Source of the DNA: Eledone cirrhosa
Taxonomy: Eukaryota
Reading direction: 5' to 3'
Assembly (NCBI GenBank): GCA_964016885.1
Contig: OZ024744.1
Coordinates: 1,302,001 to 1,366,000, forward strand
DNA length: 64,000 nucleotides
Part shown: positions 39,046 through 52,700 of the stretch, piece by piece
How positions within the stretch are numbered: the first letter of the stretch is position 1
Layout of the letters: every line of letters begins with the position of its first letter
Position numbers and translations under genes: made by a program
Notes under the pieces: model-generated
Told to the model about the DNA's origin: nothing
Seen by the model: only the letters and a program-made list of their open reading frames with translations
Database searches by the model: none

Positions 39046-41665
39046 TTCACCAAGCTATCTTTCTCTACCTTGTCTTCCCCCAAAACTTCTTTCTGCACCA
39101 AGTCATCTTTCTCTACCTTGTCATCCCTCAAAACTTCGTTCTTCACCAATCTATCTTTCTCTGCCTTGTCTTCCCCCAAAACTTCGTTCTTCACCAAGCT
39201 ATATTTCTCTACCTTGTCTTCACACAAAACTTCGTTCTTCACCAAGCTATCTTTCTCTACCTTGTCTTCCCACAAAACGTCATTCTTCATCAAGCTATCT
39301 TTCTCTACCTTGTCTTCCGTCAAAACTTCGTTCTTCACCAAGATATCTTTCTCTACCTTGTCTTCTCCCAAAACTTCGTTCTTCACCAAGCTATCTTTCT
39401 CTACCTTGTCTTCCCTCAGAACTTCGTTCTTCACCAAGCTATCTTTCTCTACCTTGTCTTCCCCCAAAACTTCGTTCTTCACCAAGCTATCTTTCTCTAC
39501 CTTGTCTTTCATCAAAACGTCGTTCTTCACCAAGCTCTCTTTCTCTACCTTGTCTTCCCCCAAAACTTCGTTCTTCACCAAGCTATCTTTCTCTACCTTG
39601 TCTTCCCCCAACACTTCGTTCTTCACCAAGCTATCTTTTTCTACCTTGTCTTCCCTCAAAACATCGTTCTTCACCAAGCTATCTTTCTCTACCTTGTCTT
39701 CCCTCAAAACTTCGTTCTTCACCAAGCTATCTTTCTCTACCTTGTCTTCCCCCAAAACTTCGTTCTTCACCAAGCTATCTTTCTCTACCTTGTCTTCTCC
39801 CAAAACTTCGTTATTCACCAAGCTATCTTTCTCTACCTTGTCTACCCTCAAAACTTCGTTCTTCACCAAGCTATCTTTCTCTACCTTGTCTTCCCCCAAA
39901 ACTTCGTTCTTCACCAAGTCATCTTTCTCTACCTTGTCATCCCTCAAAACTTTGTTCTTCACCAATCTATCTTTCTCTACCTTGTCTTCCCCCAAAACTT
40001 CGTTCTTCACCAAGCTATCTTTCTCTAGCTTGTCTTCACACAAAACTTCGTTCTTCACCAAGATATCTTTCTCTACCTTGTCTTCTCCCAAAACTTCGTT
40101 CTTCACCAAGCTATCTTTCTCTACCTTGCCTTCCCTCAGAACTTCGTTCTTCAACAAGCTATCTTTCTCTACCTTGTCTTCCCCCAAAACCTCGTTCTTC
40201 ACCAAGCTATCTTTCTCTACATTGTCTTCCCCAAAACTTCGTTCTTCACCAAGCTATCTTTCTCTACCTTGTCTCCCCTCAAAAAGTCGTTCTTCACCAA
40301 GCTATCTTTCTCTACCTTGTCTTCCCCCAAAACTTCGTTCTTCACCAAGCTATCTTTCTCTACCTTGTCTTCCCCCAAAACTTCTTTCTGCACCAAGTCA
40401 TCTTTCTCTACCTTGTCATCCCTCAAAACTTCGTTCTTCACCAATCTATCTTTCTCTGCCTTGTCTTCCCCCAAAACTTCGTTCTTCACCAAGCTATATT
40501 TCTCTACCTTGTCTTCACACAAAACTTCGTTCTTCACCAAGCTATCTTTCTCTACCTTGTCTTCCCACAAAACGTCATTCTTCATCAAGCTATCTTTCTC
40601 TACCTTGTCTTCCGTCAAAACTTCGTTCTTCACCAAGATATCTTTCTCTACCTTGTCTTCTCCCAAAACTTCGTTCTTCACCAAGCTATCTTTCTCTACC
40701 TTGTCTTCCCTCAGAACTTCGTTCTTCACCAAGCTATCTTTCTCTACCTTGTCTTCCCCCAAAACTTCGTTCTTCACCAAGCTATCTTTCTCTACCTTGT
40801 CTTTCATAAAAACGTCGTTCTTCACCAAGCTCTCTTTCTCTACCTTGTCTTCCCCCAAAACTTCGTTCTTCACCAAGCTATCTTTCTCTACCTTGTCTTC
40901 CCCCAAAACTTCGTTCTTCACCAAGCTATCTTTTTCTACCTTGTCTTCCCTCAAAACATCGTTCTTCACCAAGCTATCTTTCTCTACCTTGTCTTCCCTC
41001 AAAACTTCGTTCTTCACCAAGCTATCTTTCTCTACCTTGTCTTCCCCCAAAACTTCGTTCTTCACCAAGCTATCTTTCTCTACCTTGTCTTCTCCCAAAA
41101 CTTCGTTATTCACCAAGCTATCTTTCTCTACCTTGTCTACCCTCAAAACTTCGTTCTTCACCAAGCTATCTTTCTCTACCTTGTCTTCCCCCAAAACTTC
41201 GTTCTTCACCAAGTCATCTTTCTCTACCTTGTCATCCCTCAAAACTTTGTTCTTCACCAATCTATCTTTCTCTACCTTGTCTTCCCCCAAAACTTCGTTC
41301 TTCACCAAGCTATCTTTCTCTAGCTTGTCTTCACACAAAACTTCGTTCTTCACCAAGATATCTTTCTCTACCTTGTCTTCTCCCAAAACTTCGTTCTTCA
41401 CCAAGCTATCTTTCTCTACCTTGCCTTCCCTCAGAACTTCGTTCTTCAACAAGCTATCTTTCTCTACCTTGTCTTCCCCCAAAACCTCGTTCTTCACCAA
41501 GCTATCTTTCTCTACATTGTCTTCCCCAAAACTTCGTTCTTCACCAAGCTATCTTTCTCTACCTTGTCTCCCCTCAAAAAGTCGTTCTTCACCAAGCTAT
41601 CTTTCTCTACCTTGTCTTCCCCCAAAACTTCGTTCTTCACCAAGCTATCTTTCTCTACCTTGTCT
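39046..41665. repeat. Tandem duplication, 1295-bp unit (27 monomers) x2
   Basis: Private markers at offset 1295: ttctgcacc ~39091/40386, ctatattt ~39199/40494, catcaag ~39288/40583, tctaccctc ~39841/41136, aacctcg ~40188/41483. 1295 = 27x48-1. Confidence 0.92.
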
Positions 41666-44600
41666 TCCCTCAAAACTTCGTTCTTCACCAAGCTATCTTT
41701 CTCTACCTTGTCTTCCCACAAAACGTCGTTCTTCACCAAGCTATCTTTCTCTACCTTGTCTTCCCACAAAACGTCATTCTTCACCAAGCTATCTTTCTCT
41801 ACCTTGTCTTCCGTCAAAACTTCGTTCTTCACCAAGATATCTTTCTCTACCTTGTCTTCTCCCAAAACTTCGTTCTTCACCAAGCTATCTTTCTCTACCT
41901 TGTCTTCCCTCAAACCTTCGTTCTTCACCAAGCTATCTTTCTCTACCTTGTCTTCCCCCAAAACTTCGTTCTTCACCAAGCTATCTTTCTCTACATTGTC
42001 TTCCCCAAAACTTCGTTCTTCACCAAGCTATCTTTCTCTACCTTGTCTTCCCCCAAAACTTCCTTGTTCACCAAGCTATCTTTCTCTACCTAGTCTTCCC
42101 CCAAAACTTCGTTCTTCACCAAGCTATCTTTCTCTACCTTGTCTTCCCCCAAAACTTCGTTCTTCACCAAGCTATCTTTCTCTACCTTGTCTTCCCACAC
42201 AACGTCGTTCTTCACCAAGCTATCTTTCTCTACTTTGTCTTCCCTCAAAACTTCGTTCTTCACCAAGCTATCTTTCTCTACCTTGTCTTCCCCCAAAACT
42301 TCGTTCTTCACCAAGCTATCTTTCTCTACCTTGTCTTCCCTCAAAACCTCGTTCTTCACCAAGCTATCTTTTTCGACCTTGTCTTCCCCCAAAACTTCGT
42401 TATTCACCAAGCTATCTTTCTCTACCTCGTCTTCCCCCAAAACTTCGTTCTTCACCAAGCTATCTTTCTCTACCTTGTCTTCCCCCAAAACTTCGTTCTT
42501 CACCAAGCTATCTTTCACGACCTTGTCTTCCCTCAAAACGTCGTTCTTCACCAAGCTATCTTTCTCTACCTTGTCTTCCCCCAAAACTTCGTTCTTCACC
42601 AAGCTATCTTTCTCTACCTTGTCTTCCCCCAAAACTTCGTTCTTCACCAAGCTATCTTTCTCTACCTCGTCTTCCCTCAAAACTTCGTTCTTCACCAAGC
42701 TATCTTTCCCTACCTTGTCTTCCCCCAAAACTTTGTTCTTCACCAAGCTATCTTTCTCTACCTTGTCTTCCCCCAAAACTTCGTTCTTCACCAAGCTATC
42801 TTTCTCTACCTTGTCTTCCCCTAAAACTTCGTTCTTCACCAAGCTATCTTTCTCTAGCTTGTCTTCATACAAAACTTCGTTCTTCACCAAGCTATCTTTC
42901 TCTACCTTGTCTTCCCACAAAACGTCATTCTTCACCAAGCTATCTTTCTCTACCTTGTCTTCCGTCAAAACTTCGTTCTTCACCAAGCTATCTTTCTCTA
43001 CCTTGTCTTCCCTCAAACCTTCGTTCTTCACCAAGCTATCTTTCTCTACCTTGTCTTCCCCGAAAACTTCGTTCTTCACCAAGCTATCTTTCTCTACATT
43101 TTCTTCCCCAAAACTTCGTTCTTCACCAAGCTATCTTTCTCTACCTTGTCTTCCCCCAAAACTTCCTTGTTCACCAAGCTATCTTTCTCTACCTCGTCTT
43201 CCCCCAAAACTTCGTTCTTCACCAAGCTATCTTTCTCTACCTTGTCTTCCCCCAAAACTTCGTTCTTCACCAAGCTATCTTTCTCTACCTTGTCTTCCCA
43301 CAAAACTTCGTTCTTCACCAAGCTATCTTTCTCTACCTTGTCTTCCCACAAAACGTCGTTCTTCACCAAGCTATCTTTCTCTACTTTGTCTTCCCTCAAA
43401 ACTTCGTTCTTCACCAAGCTATCTTTCTCTACCTTGTCTTCCCCCAAAACTTCGTTCTTCACCAAGCTATCTTTCTCTCCCTTGTCTTCCCTCAAAACTT
43501 CGTTCTTCACCAAGCTATCTTTTTCGACCTTGTCTTCCCCCAAAACTTCGTTATTCACCAAGCTATCTTTCTCTACCTCGTCTTCCCCCAAAACTTCGTT
43601 CTTCACCAAGCTATCTTTCTCTACCTTGTCTTCCCCCAAAACTTCGTTCTTCACCAAGCTATCTTTCACGACCTTGTCTTCCCTCAAAACGTCGTTCTTC
43701 ACCAAGCTATCTTTCTCTACCTTGTCTTCCCCCAAAACTTCGTTCTTCACCAAGCTATCTTTCTCTACCTTGTCTTCCCCCAAAACTTCGTTCTTCACCA
43801 AGCTATCTTTCTCTACCTCGTCTTCCCTCAAAATTTCGTTCTTCACCAAGCTATCTTTCTCTACCTTGTCTTCCCCCAAAACTTTGTTCTTCACCAAGCT
43901 ATCTTTCTCTACCTTGTCTTCCCCCAAAACTTCGTTCTTCACCAAGCTATCTTTCTCTACCTTGTCTTCCCCTAAAACTTCGTTCTTCACCAAGCTATCT
44001 TTCTCTAGCTTGTCTTCATACAAAACTTCGTTCTTCACCAAGCTATCTTTCTCTACCTTGTCTTCCCACAAAACGTCATTCTTCACCAAGCTATCTTTCT
44101 CTACCTTGTCTTCCGTCAAAACTTCGTTCTTCACCAAGCTCTCTTTCTCTAACTTGTCTTCCCTCAAAACGTCGTTCTTCACCAAGCTATCTTTCTCTAC
44201 CTTGTCTTCCCCCAAAACTTCGTTCTTCACCAAGCTATCTTTCTCTACCTTGTCTTCCCCCAAAACTTCGTTCTTCGCAAGCTATCTTTCTCTACCTTGC
44301 CTTCCCCCAAAACTTCGTTCTTCACCAAGCTATCTTTCTCTACCTTGTCTTCTCCCAAAACTTCGTTATTCACCAAGCTATCTTTCTCTACCTTGTCTTC
44401 CCCCAAAACTTCGTTCTTCACCAAGCTATCTTTCTCTACCTTGTCTTCCCCCAAAACTTCGTTCTTCACCAAGCTATCTTTCTCTACCTTGTCTTCCCCC
44501 AAAACTTCTTTCTACACCAAGTCATCTTTCTCTACCTTGTCATCCCTCAAAACTTCGTTCTTCACCAATCTATCTTTCTCTGCCTTGTCTTCCCCCAAAA

Positions 44601-47458
44601 CTTCGTTCTTCACCAAGCTATCTTTCTCTACCTTGTCTTCACACAAAACTTCGTTCTTCACCAAGCTATCTTTCTCTACCTTGTCTTCCCACAAAACGTC
44701 ATTCTTCACCAAGCTATCTTTCTCTACCTTGTCTTCCGTCAAAACTTCGTTATTCACCAAGATATCTTTCTCTACCTTGTCTTCTCCCAAAACTTCGTTC
44801 TTCACCAAGCTATCTTTCTCTACCTTGTCTTCCCTCAGAACTTCGTTCTTCACCAAGCTATCTTTCTCTACCTTGTCTTCCCCCAAAACTTCGTTCTTCA
44901 CCAAGCTATCTTTCTCTACCTTGTCTTTCATCAAAACGTCGTTCTTCACCAAGCTCTCTTTCTCTACCTTGTCTTCCCCCAAAACTTCGTTCTTCACCAA
45001 GCTATCTTTCTCTACCTTGTCTTCCCCCAAAACTTCGTTCTTCACCAAGCTATCTTTTTCTACCTTGTCTTCCCTCAAAACATCGTTCTTCACCAAGCTA
45101 TCTTTCTCTACCTTGTCTTCCCTCAAAACTTCTTTCTTCACCAAGCTATCTTTCTCTACCTTGTCTTCCCCCAAAACTTCGTTCTTCACCAAGCTATCTT
45201 TCTCTACCTTGTCTTCTCCCAAAACTTCGTTATTCACCAAGCTATCTTTCTCTACCTTGTCTTCCCTCAAAACTTCGTTCTTCACCAAGCTATCTTTCTC
45301 TACCTTGTCTTCCCCCAAAACTTCGTTCTTCACCAAGTCATCTTTCTCTACCTTGTGATCCCTCAAAACTTTGTTCTTCACCAATCTATCTTTCTCTACC
45401 TTGTCTTCCCCCAAAACTTCGTTCTTCACCAAGCTATCTTTCTCTAGCTTGTCTTCACACAAAACTTCGTTCTTCACCAAGATATCTTTCTCTACCTTGT
45501 CTTCTCCCAGAACTTCGTTCTTCACCAAGCTATCTGTCTCTACCTTGCCTTCCCTCAGAACTTCGTTCTTCAACAAGCTATCTTTCTCTACCTTGTCTTC
45601 CCCCAAAACTTCGTTCTTCACCAAGCTATCTTTCTCTACCTTGTCTTCCCCCAAAACTTCGTTCTTCACCAAGCTATCTTTCTCTACCTTGTCTTCCCAC
45701 AAAACGTCGTTCTTCACCAAGCTATCTTTCTCTACCTTGTCTTCCCACAAAACGTCATTCTTCACCAAGCTATCTTTCTCTACCTTGTCTTCCGTCAAAA
45801 CTTCGTTCTTCACCAAGATATCTTTCTCTACCTTGTCTTCTCCCAAAACTTCGTTCTTCACCAAGCTATCTTTCTCTACCTTGTCTTCCCTCAAACCTTC
45901 GTTCTTCACCAAGCTATCTTTCTCTACCTTGTCTTCCCCCAAAACTTCGTTCTTCACCAAGCTATCTTTCTCTACATTGTCTTCCCCAAAACTTCGTTCT
46001 TCACCAAGCTATCTTTCTCTACCTTGTCTTCCCCCAAAACTTTCTTGTTCACCAAGCTATCTTTCTCTACCTCGTCTTCCCCCAAAACTTCGTTCTTCAC
46101 CAAGCTATCTTTCTCTACCTTGTCTTCCCCCAAAACTTCGTTCTTCACCAAGCTATCTTTCTCTACCTTGTCTTCCCACAAAACGTCGTTCTTCACCAAG
46201 CTATCTTTCTCTACCTTGTCTTCCCACAAAACGTCATTCTTCACCAAGCTATCTTTCTCTACCTTGTCTTCCGTCAAAACTTCGTTCTTCACCAAGATAT
46301 CTTTCTCTACCTTGTCTTCCCCCAAAACTTCGTTCTTCACCAAGCTATCTTTCTCTACCTTGTCTTCCCCCAAAACTTTCTTGTTCACCAAGCTATCTTT
46401 CTCTACCTCGTCTTCCCCCAAAACTTCGTTCTTCACCAAGCTATCTTTCTCTACCTTGTCTTCCCCCAAAACTTCGTTCTTCACCAAGCTATCTTTCTCT
46501 ACCTTGTCTTCCCACAAAACGTCGTTCTTCACCAAGCTATCTTTCTCTACCTTGTCTTCCCACACAACGTCGTTCTTCACCAAGCTATCTTTCTCTACTT
46601 TGTCTTCCCTCAAAACTTCGTTCTTCACCAAGCTATCTTTCTCTACCTTGTCTTCCCCCAAAACTTCGTTCTTCACCAAGCTATCTTTCTCTACCTTGTC
46701 TTCCCTCAAAACTTCGTTCTTCACCAAGCTATCTTTTTCGACCTTGTCTTCCCCCAAAACTTCGTTATTCACCAAGCTATCTTTCTCTACCTCGTCTTCC
46801 CCCAAAACTTCGTTCTTCACCAAGCTATCTTTCTCTACCTTGTCTTCCCCCAAAACTTCGTTCTTCACCAAGCTATCTTTCACGACCTTGTCTTCCCTCA
46901 AAACGTCGTTCTTCACCAAGCTATCTTTCTCTACCTTGACTTCCCCCAAAACTTCGTTCTTCACCAAGCTATCTTTCTCTACCTTGTCTTCCCCCAAAAC
47001 TTCGTTCTTCACCAAGCTATCTTTCTCTACCTCGTCTTCCCTCAAAACTTCGTTCTTCACCAAGCTATCTTTCTCTACCTTGTCTTCCCCCAAAACTTTG
47101 TTCTTCACCAAGCTATCTTTCTCTACCTTGTCTTCCCCCAAAACTTCGTTCTTCACCAAGCTATCTTTCTCTACCTTGTCTTCCCCTAAAACTTCGTTCT
47201 TCACCAAGCTATCTTTCTCTAGCTTGTCTTCATACAAAACTTCGTTCTTCACCAAGCTATCTTTCTCTACCTTGTCTTCCCACAAAACGTCATTCTTCAC
47301 CAAGCTATCTTTCTCTACCTTGTCTTCCGTCAAAACTTCGTTCTTCACCAAGCTATCTTTCTCTACCTTGTCTTCCCTCAAACCTTCGTTCTTCACCAAG
47401 CTATCTTTCTCTACCTTGTTTTCCCCCAAAACTTCGTTCTTCACCAAGCTATCTTTCT

Positions 47459-49750
47459 CTACATTGTCTTCCCCAAAACTTCGTTCTTCACCAAGCTATC
47501 TTTCTCTACCTTGTCTTCCCCCAAAACTTCCTTGTTCACCAAGCTATCTTTCTCTACCTCGTCTTCCCCCAAAACTTCGTTCTTCACCAAGCTATCTTTC
47601 TCTACCTTGTCTTCCCCCAAAACTTCGTTCTTCACCAAGCTATCTTTCTCTACCTTGTCTTCCCACAAAACTTCGTTCTTCACCAAGCTATCTTTCTCTA
47701 CCTTGTCTTCCCACAAAACGTCGTTCTTCACCAAGCTATCTTTCTCTACTTTGTCTTCCCTCAAAACTTCGTTCTTCACCAAGCTATCTTTCTCTACCTT
47801 GTCTTCCCCCAAAACTTCGTTCTTCACCAAGCTATCTTTCTCTCCCTTGTCTTCCCTCAAAACTTCGTTCTTCACCAAGCTATCTTTTTCGACCTTGTCT
47901 TCCCCCAAAACTTCGTTATTCACCAAGCTATCTTTCTCTACCTCGTCTTCCCACAAAACTTCGTTCTTCACCAAGCTATCTTTCTCTACCTTGTCTTCCC
48001 CCAAAACTTCGTTCTTCACCAAGCTATCTTTCACGACCTTGTCTTCCCTCAAAACGTCGTTCTTCACCAAGCTATCTTTCTCTACCTTGTCTTCCCCCAA
48101 AACTTCGTTCTTCACCAAGCTATCTTTCTCTACCTTGTCTTCCCCCAAAACTTCGTTCTTCACCAAGCTATCTTTCTCTACTTTGTCTTCCCTCAAAACG
48201 TCGTTCTTCACCAAGCTATCTTTCTCTACCTTGTCTTCCCCCAAAACTTCGTTCTTCACCAAGCTATCTTTCTCTACCTTGTCTTCCCTCAAAACTTCGT
48301 TCTTCACCAAGCTATCTTTTTCGACCTTGTCTTCCCCCAAAACTTCGTTATTCACCAAGCTATCTTTCTCTACCTCGTCTTCCCCAAAAACTTCGTTCTT
48401 CACCAAGCTATCTTTCTCTACCTTGTCTTCCCCCAAAACTTCGTTCTTCACCAAGCTATCTTTCACGACCTTGTCTTCCTTCAAAACGTCGTTCTTCACC
48501 AAGCTATCTTTCTCTACCTTGTCTTCCCCCAAAACTTCGTTCTTCACCAAGCTATCTTTCTCTACCTTGTCTTCCCCCAAAACTTCGTTCTTCACCAAGC
48601 TATCTTTCTCTACCTCGTCTTCCCTCAAAACTTCGTTCTTCACCAAGCTATCTTTCTCTACCTTGTCTTCCCCCAAAACTTTGTTCTTCACCAAGCTATC
48701 TTTCTCTACCTTGTCTTCCCCCAAAACTTCGTTCTTCACCAAGCTATCTTTCTCTACCTTGTCTTCCCCTAAAACTTCGTTCTTCACCAAGCTATCTTTC
48801 TCTAGCTTGTCTTCATACAAAACTTCGTTCTTCACCAAGCTATCTTTCTCTACCTTGTCTTCCCACAAAACGTTATTCTTCACCAAGCTATCTTTCTCTA
48901 CCCTGTCTTCCGTCAAAACTTCGTTCTTCACCAAGCTATCTTTCTCTACCTTGTCTTCCCTCAAACCTTCGTTCTTCACCAAGCTATCTTTCTCTACCTT
49001 GTCTTCCCCCAAAACTTCGTTATTCACCAAGCTATCTTTCTCTACCTCGTCTTCCCACAAAACTTCGTTCTTCACCAAGCTATCTTTCTCTACCTTGTCT
49101 TCCCTCAAAACTTCGTTCTTCACCAAGCTATCTTTCTCTACCTTGTCATCCCACAAAACGTCGTTCTTCACCAAGCTATCTTTCTCTATTTTGTCTTCCC
49201 TCAAAACGTCGTTCTTCACCAAGCTATCTTTCTCTACCTTGTCTTCCCTCAAAATTTCGTTCTTCACCAAGCTATCTTTCTCGACCTTGTTTTCTCCCAA
49301 AACTTCGTTATTCACCAAGCTATCTTTCTCTACCTTGTCTTCCCCCAAAACTTCGTTATTCACCAAGCTATCTTTCGCTACCTTGTCATCCCTCAAAACT
49401 TCGTTCTTCACCAATCTATCTTTCTCTGCCTTGTCTTCCCCCAAAACTTCGTTCTTCACCAAGCTATCTTTCTCTACCTTGTCTTCACACAAAACTTCGT
49501 TCTTCACCAAGCTATCTTTCTCTACCTTGTCTTCCCACAAAACGTCATTCTTCACCAAGCTATCTGTCTCTACCTTGTCTTCCGTCAAAACTTCGTTCTT
49601 CACCAAGATATCTTTCTCTACCTTGTCTTCTCCCAAAACTTCGTTCTTCACCAAGCTATCTTTCTCTACCTTGTCTTCCCTCAGAACTTCGTTCTTCACC
49701 AAGCTATCTTTCTCTACCTTGTCTTCCCCCAAAACTTCGTTCTTCACCAA
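47459..49750 (-). other. Longest uninterrupted minus-strand repeat reading frame, (EVLGEDKVEKDSLVKN)n, 763 aa; coding status unsupported
   Basis: From the ORF track. It begins on TTG within a monomer and ends at a frameshifting 47-bp monomer (KTM-stop). It has no unique N- or C-terminal sequence. Listed as a representative of a possible decayed repeat-protein frame, not as a gene. Confidence 0.15.
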
Positions 49751-52700
49751 GCTATCTTTCTCTACATTGTCTTCCCCAAAACTTCGTTCTTCACCAAGCT
49801 ATCTTTCTCTACCTTGTCTTTCATCAAAACGTCGTTCTTCACCAAGCTCTCTTTCTCTACCTTGTCTTCCCCCAAAACTTCGTTCTTCACCAAGCTATCT
49901 TTCTCTACCTTGTCTTCCCCCAAAACTTCGTTCTTCACCAAGCTATCTTTCTCTACCTTGTCTTCCCACAAAACGTCGTTCTTCACCAAGCTATCTTTCT
50001 CTACCTTGTCTTCCCTCAAAACGTCGTTCTTCACCAAGCTATCTTTTTCTACCTTGTCTTCCCTCAAAACATCGTTCTTCACCAAGCTATCTTTCTCTAC
50101 CTTGTCTTCCCTCAAAACTTCGTTCTTCACCAAGCTATCTTTCTCTACCTTGTCTTCCCTCAAAACGTCGTTCTTCACCAAGCTATCTTTCTCTACCTTG
50201 TCTTCCCCCAAAACTTCGTTCTTCACCAAGCTATCTTTCTCTACCTTGTCTTCCCCCAAAACTTCGTTCTTCGCAAGCTATCTTTCTCTACCTTGTCTTC
50301 CCCAAAACTTCGTTCTTCACCAAGCTATCTTTCTCTACCTTGTCTTCCCACAAAACGTCGTTCTTCACCAAGCTATCTTTCTCTACCTTGTCTTCCCTCA
50401 AAACGTCGTTCTTCACCAAGCTATCTTTCTCTACCTTGTCTTCCCTCAAAACATCGTTCTTCACCAAGCTATCTTTCTCTACCTTGTCTTCTCCCAAAAC
50501 TTCGTTATTCACCAAGCTATCTTTCTCTACCTTGTCTTCCCCCAAAACTTCGTTCTTCACCAAGCTATCTTTCTCTACCTTGTCTTCCCCCAAAACTTCG
50601 TTCTTCACCAAGCTATCTTTCTCTACCTTGTCTTCCCACAAAACTTCGTTCTTCACCAAGCTATCTTTCTCTACCTTGTCTTCCCACAAAACGTCGTTCT
50701 TCACCAAGCTATCTTTCTCTACCTTGTCTTCCCACAAAACGTCATTCTTCACCAAGCTATCTTTCTCTACCTTGTCTTCCGTCAAAACTTCGTTCTTCAC
50801 CAAGATATCTTTCTCTACATTGTCTTCCCCAAAACTTCGTTCTTCACCAAGCTATCTTTCTCTACCTTGTCTTCCCTCAAAAAGTCGTTCTTCACCAAGC
50901 TATCTTTCTCTACCTTGTCTTCTCCCAAAACTTCGTTATTCACCAAGCTATCTTTCTCTACCTTGTCTTCCCTCAAACCTTCGTTCTTCACCAAGCTATC
51001 TTTCTCTACCTTGTCTCCCCCCAAAACTTCGTTCTTCACCAAGCTATCTTTCTCTACATTGTCTTCCCCAAAACTTCGTTCTTCACCAAGCTATCTTTCT
51101 CTACCTTGTCTTCCCCCAAAACTTCGTTGTTCACCAAGCTATCTTTCTCTACCTCGTCTTCCCCCAAAACTTCGTTCTTCACCAAGCTATCTTTCTCTAC
51201 CTTGTCTTCCCCCAAAACTTCGTTCTTCACCAAGCTATCTTTCTCTACCTTGTCTTCCCACAAAACTTCGTTCTTCACCAAGCTATCTTTCTCTACCTTG
51301 ATTTCCCACAAAACGTCGTTCTTCACCAAGCTATCTTTCTCTACCTTGTCTTCCCTCAAAACTTCGTTCTTCACCAAGCTATCTTTTTCGACCTTATCTT
51401 CCCCAAAACTTCGTTATTCACCAAGCTATCTTTCTCTACCTTGTCTTCCCTCAAAACTTCGTTCTTCACCAAGCTATCTTTCTCTACCTTGTCTTCCCCC
51501 AAAACTTCGTTCTTCACCAAGCTATCTTTCTCTACCTCGTCTTCCCTCAAAACTTCGTTCTTCACCAAGCTATCTTTCTCTACCTTGTCTTCCCCCAAAA
51601 CTTTGTTCTTCACCAAGCTATCTTTCTCTACCTTGTCTTCCCCCAAAACGTCGTTCTTCACCAAGTCATCTTTCTCTACCTTGTCATCCCACAAAACGTC
51701 GTTCTTCACCAAGCTATCTTTCTCTATTTTGTCTTCCCTCAAAACATCGTTCTTCACCAAGCTATCTTTCTCTACCTTGTCTTCCCTCAAAATTTCGTTC
51801 TTCACCAAGCTATCTTTCTCGACCTTGTCTTCTCCCAAAACTTCGTTATTCACCAAGCTATCTTTCTCTACCTTGTCTTCGCCCAAAACTTCGTTATTCA
51901 CCAAGCTATCTTTCGCTACCTTGTCTTCCCTCAAAACTTCGTTTTTCACCAAGCTATCTTTCTCTACCTTGTCTTCCCCCAAAACTTCGTTCTTCACCAA
52001 GCTATCTTTTTCGACCTTGTCTTCCCCCAAAACTTCGTTATTCACCAAGCTATCTTTCTCTACCTTGTCTTCCCTCAAAACTTCGTTCTTCACCAAGCTA
52101 TCTTTCTCTACCTTGTCTTCCCACAAAACGTCATTCTTCACCAAGCTATCTTTCTCTACCTTGTCTTCCTTCAAAACTTCGTTCTTCACCAAGCTATCTT
52201 TCTCTACCTTGTCTTCCCTCAAAACGTCGTTCTTCACCAAGCTATCTTTCTCTACCTTGTCTTCCCCAAAACTTCGTTCTTCACCAAGCTATCTTTCTCT
52301 ACATTGTCTTCCCCAAAACTTCGTTCTTCACCAAGCTATCTTTCTCTACCTTGTCTTCCCCCAAAACTTCGTTCTTCACCAAGCTATCTTTCTCTACCTT
52401 GTCTTCCCCCAAAACTTCGTTCTTCACCAAGCTATCTTTCTCTACATTGTCTTCCCCAAAACTTCGTTCTTCACCAAGCTATCTTTCTCTACCTTGTCTT
52501 CCCTCAAAACGTCGTTGTTCACCAAGCTATCTTTCTCTACCTTGTCTTCCCCCAAAACTTCGTTCTTCACCAAGCTATCTTTATCTACCTTGTCTTCCCC
52601 CAAAACTTCGTTCTTCACCAAGTCATCTTTCTCTACCTTGTCATCCCACAAAACGTCGTTCTTCACCAAGCTATCTTTCTCTATTTTGTCTTCCCTCAAA

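Larger units (their letters stand above)
32600..49130. repeat. Central sub-family domain of the 48-bp satellite
   Basis: Variants seen only here: tttcacgacc (~32632, 35990, 38293, 42513, 43664, 46878, 48029, 48461), ttcaacaag (~35065, 37800, 40150, 41445, 45569) and tctttct(a/g)caccaagtc (~34051, 36786, 39088, 40383, 44507). It has fewer 47-bp monomers, so minus-strand ORFs are longer (up to 763 aa). Confidence 0.85.
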
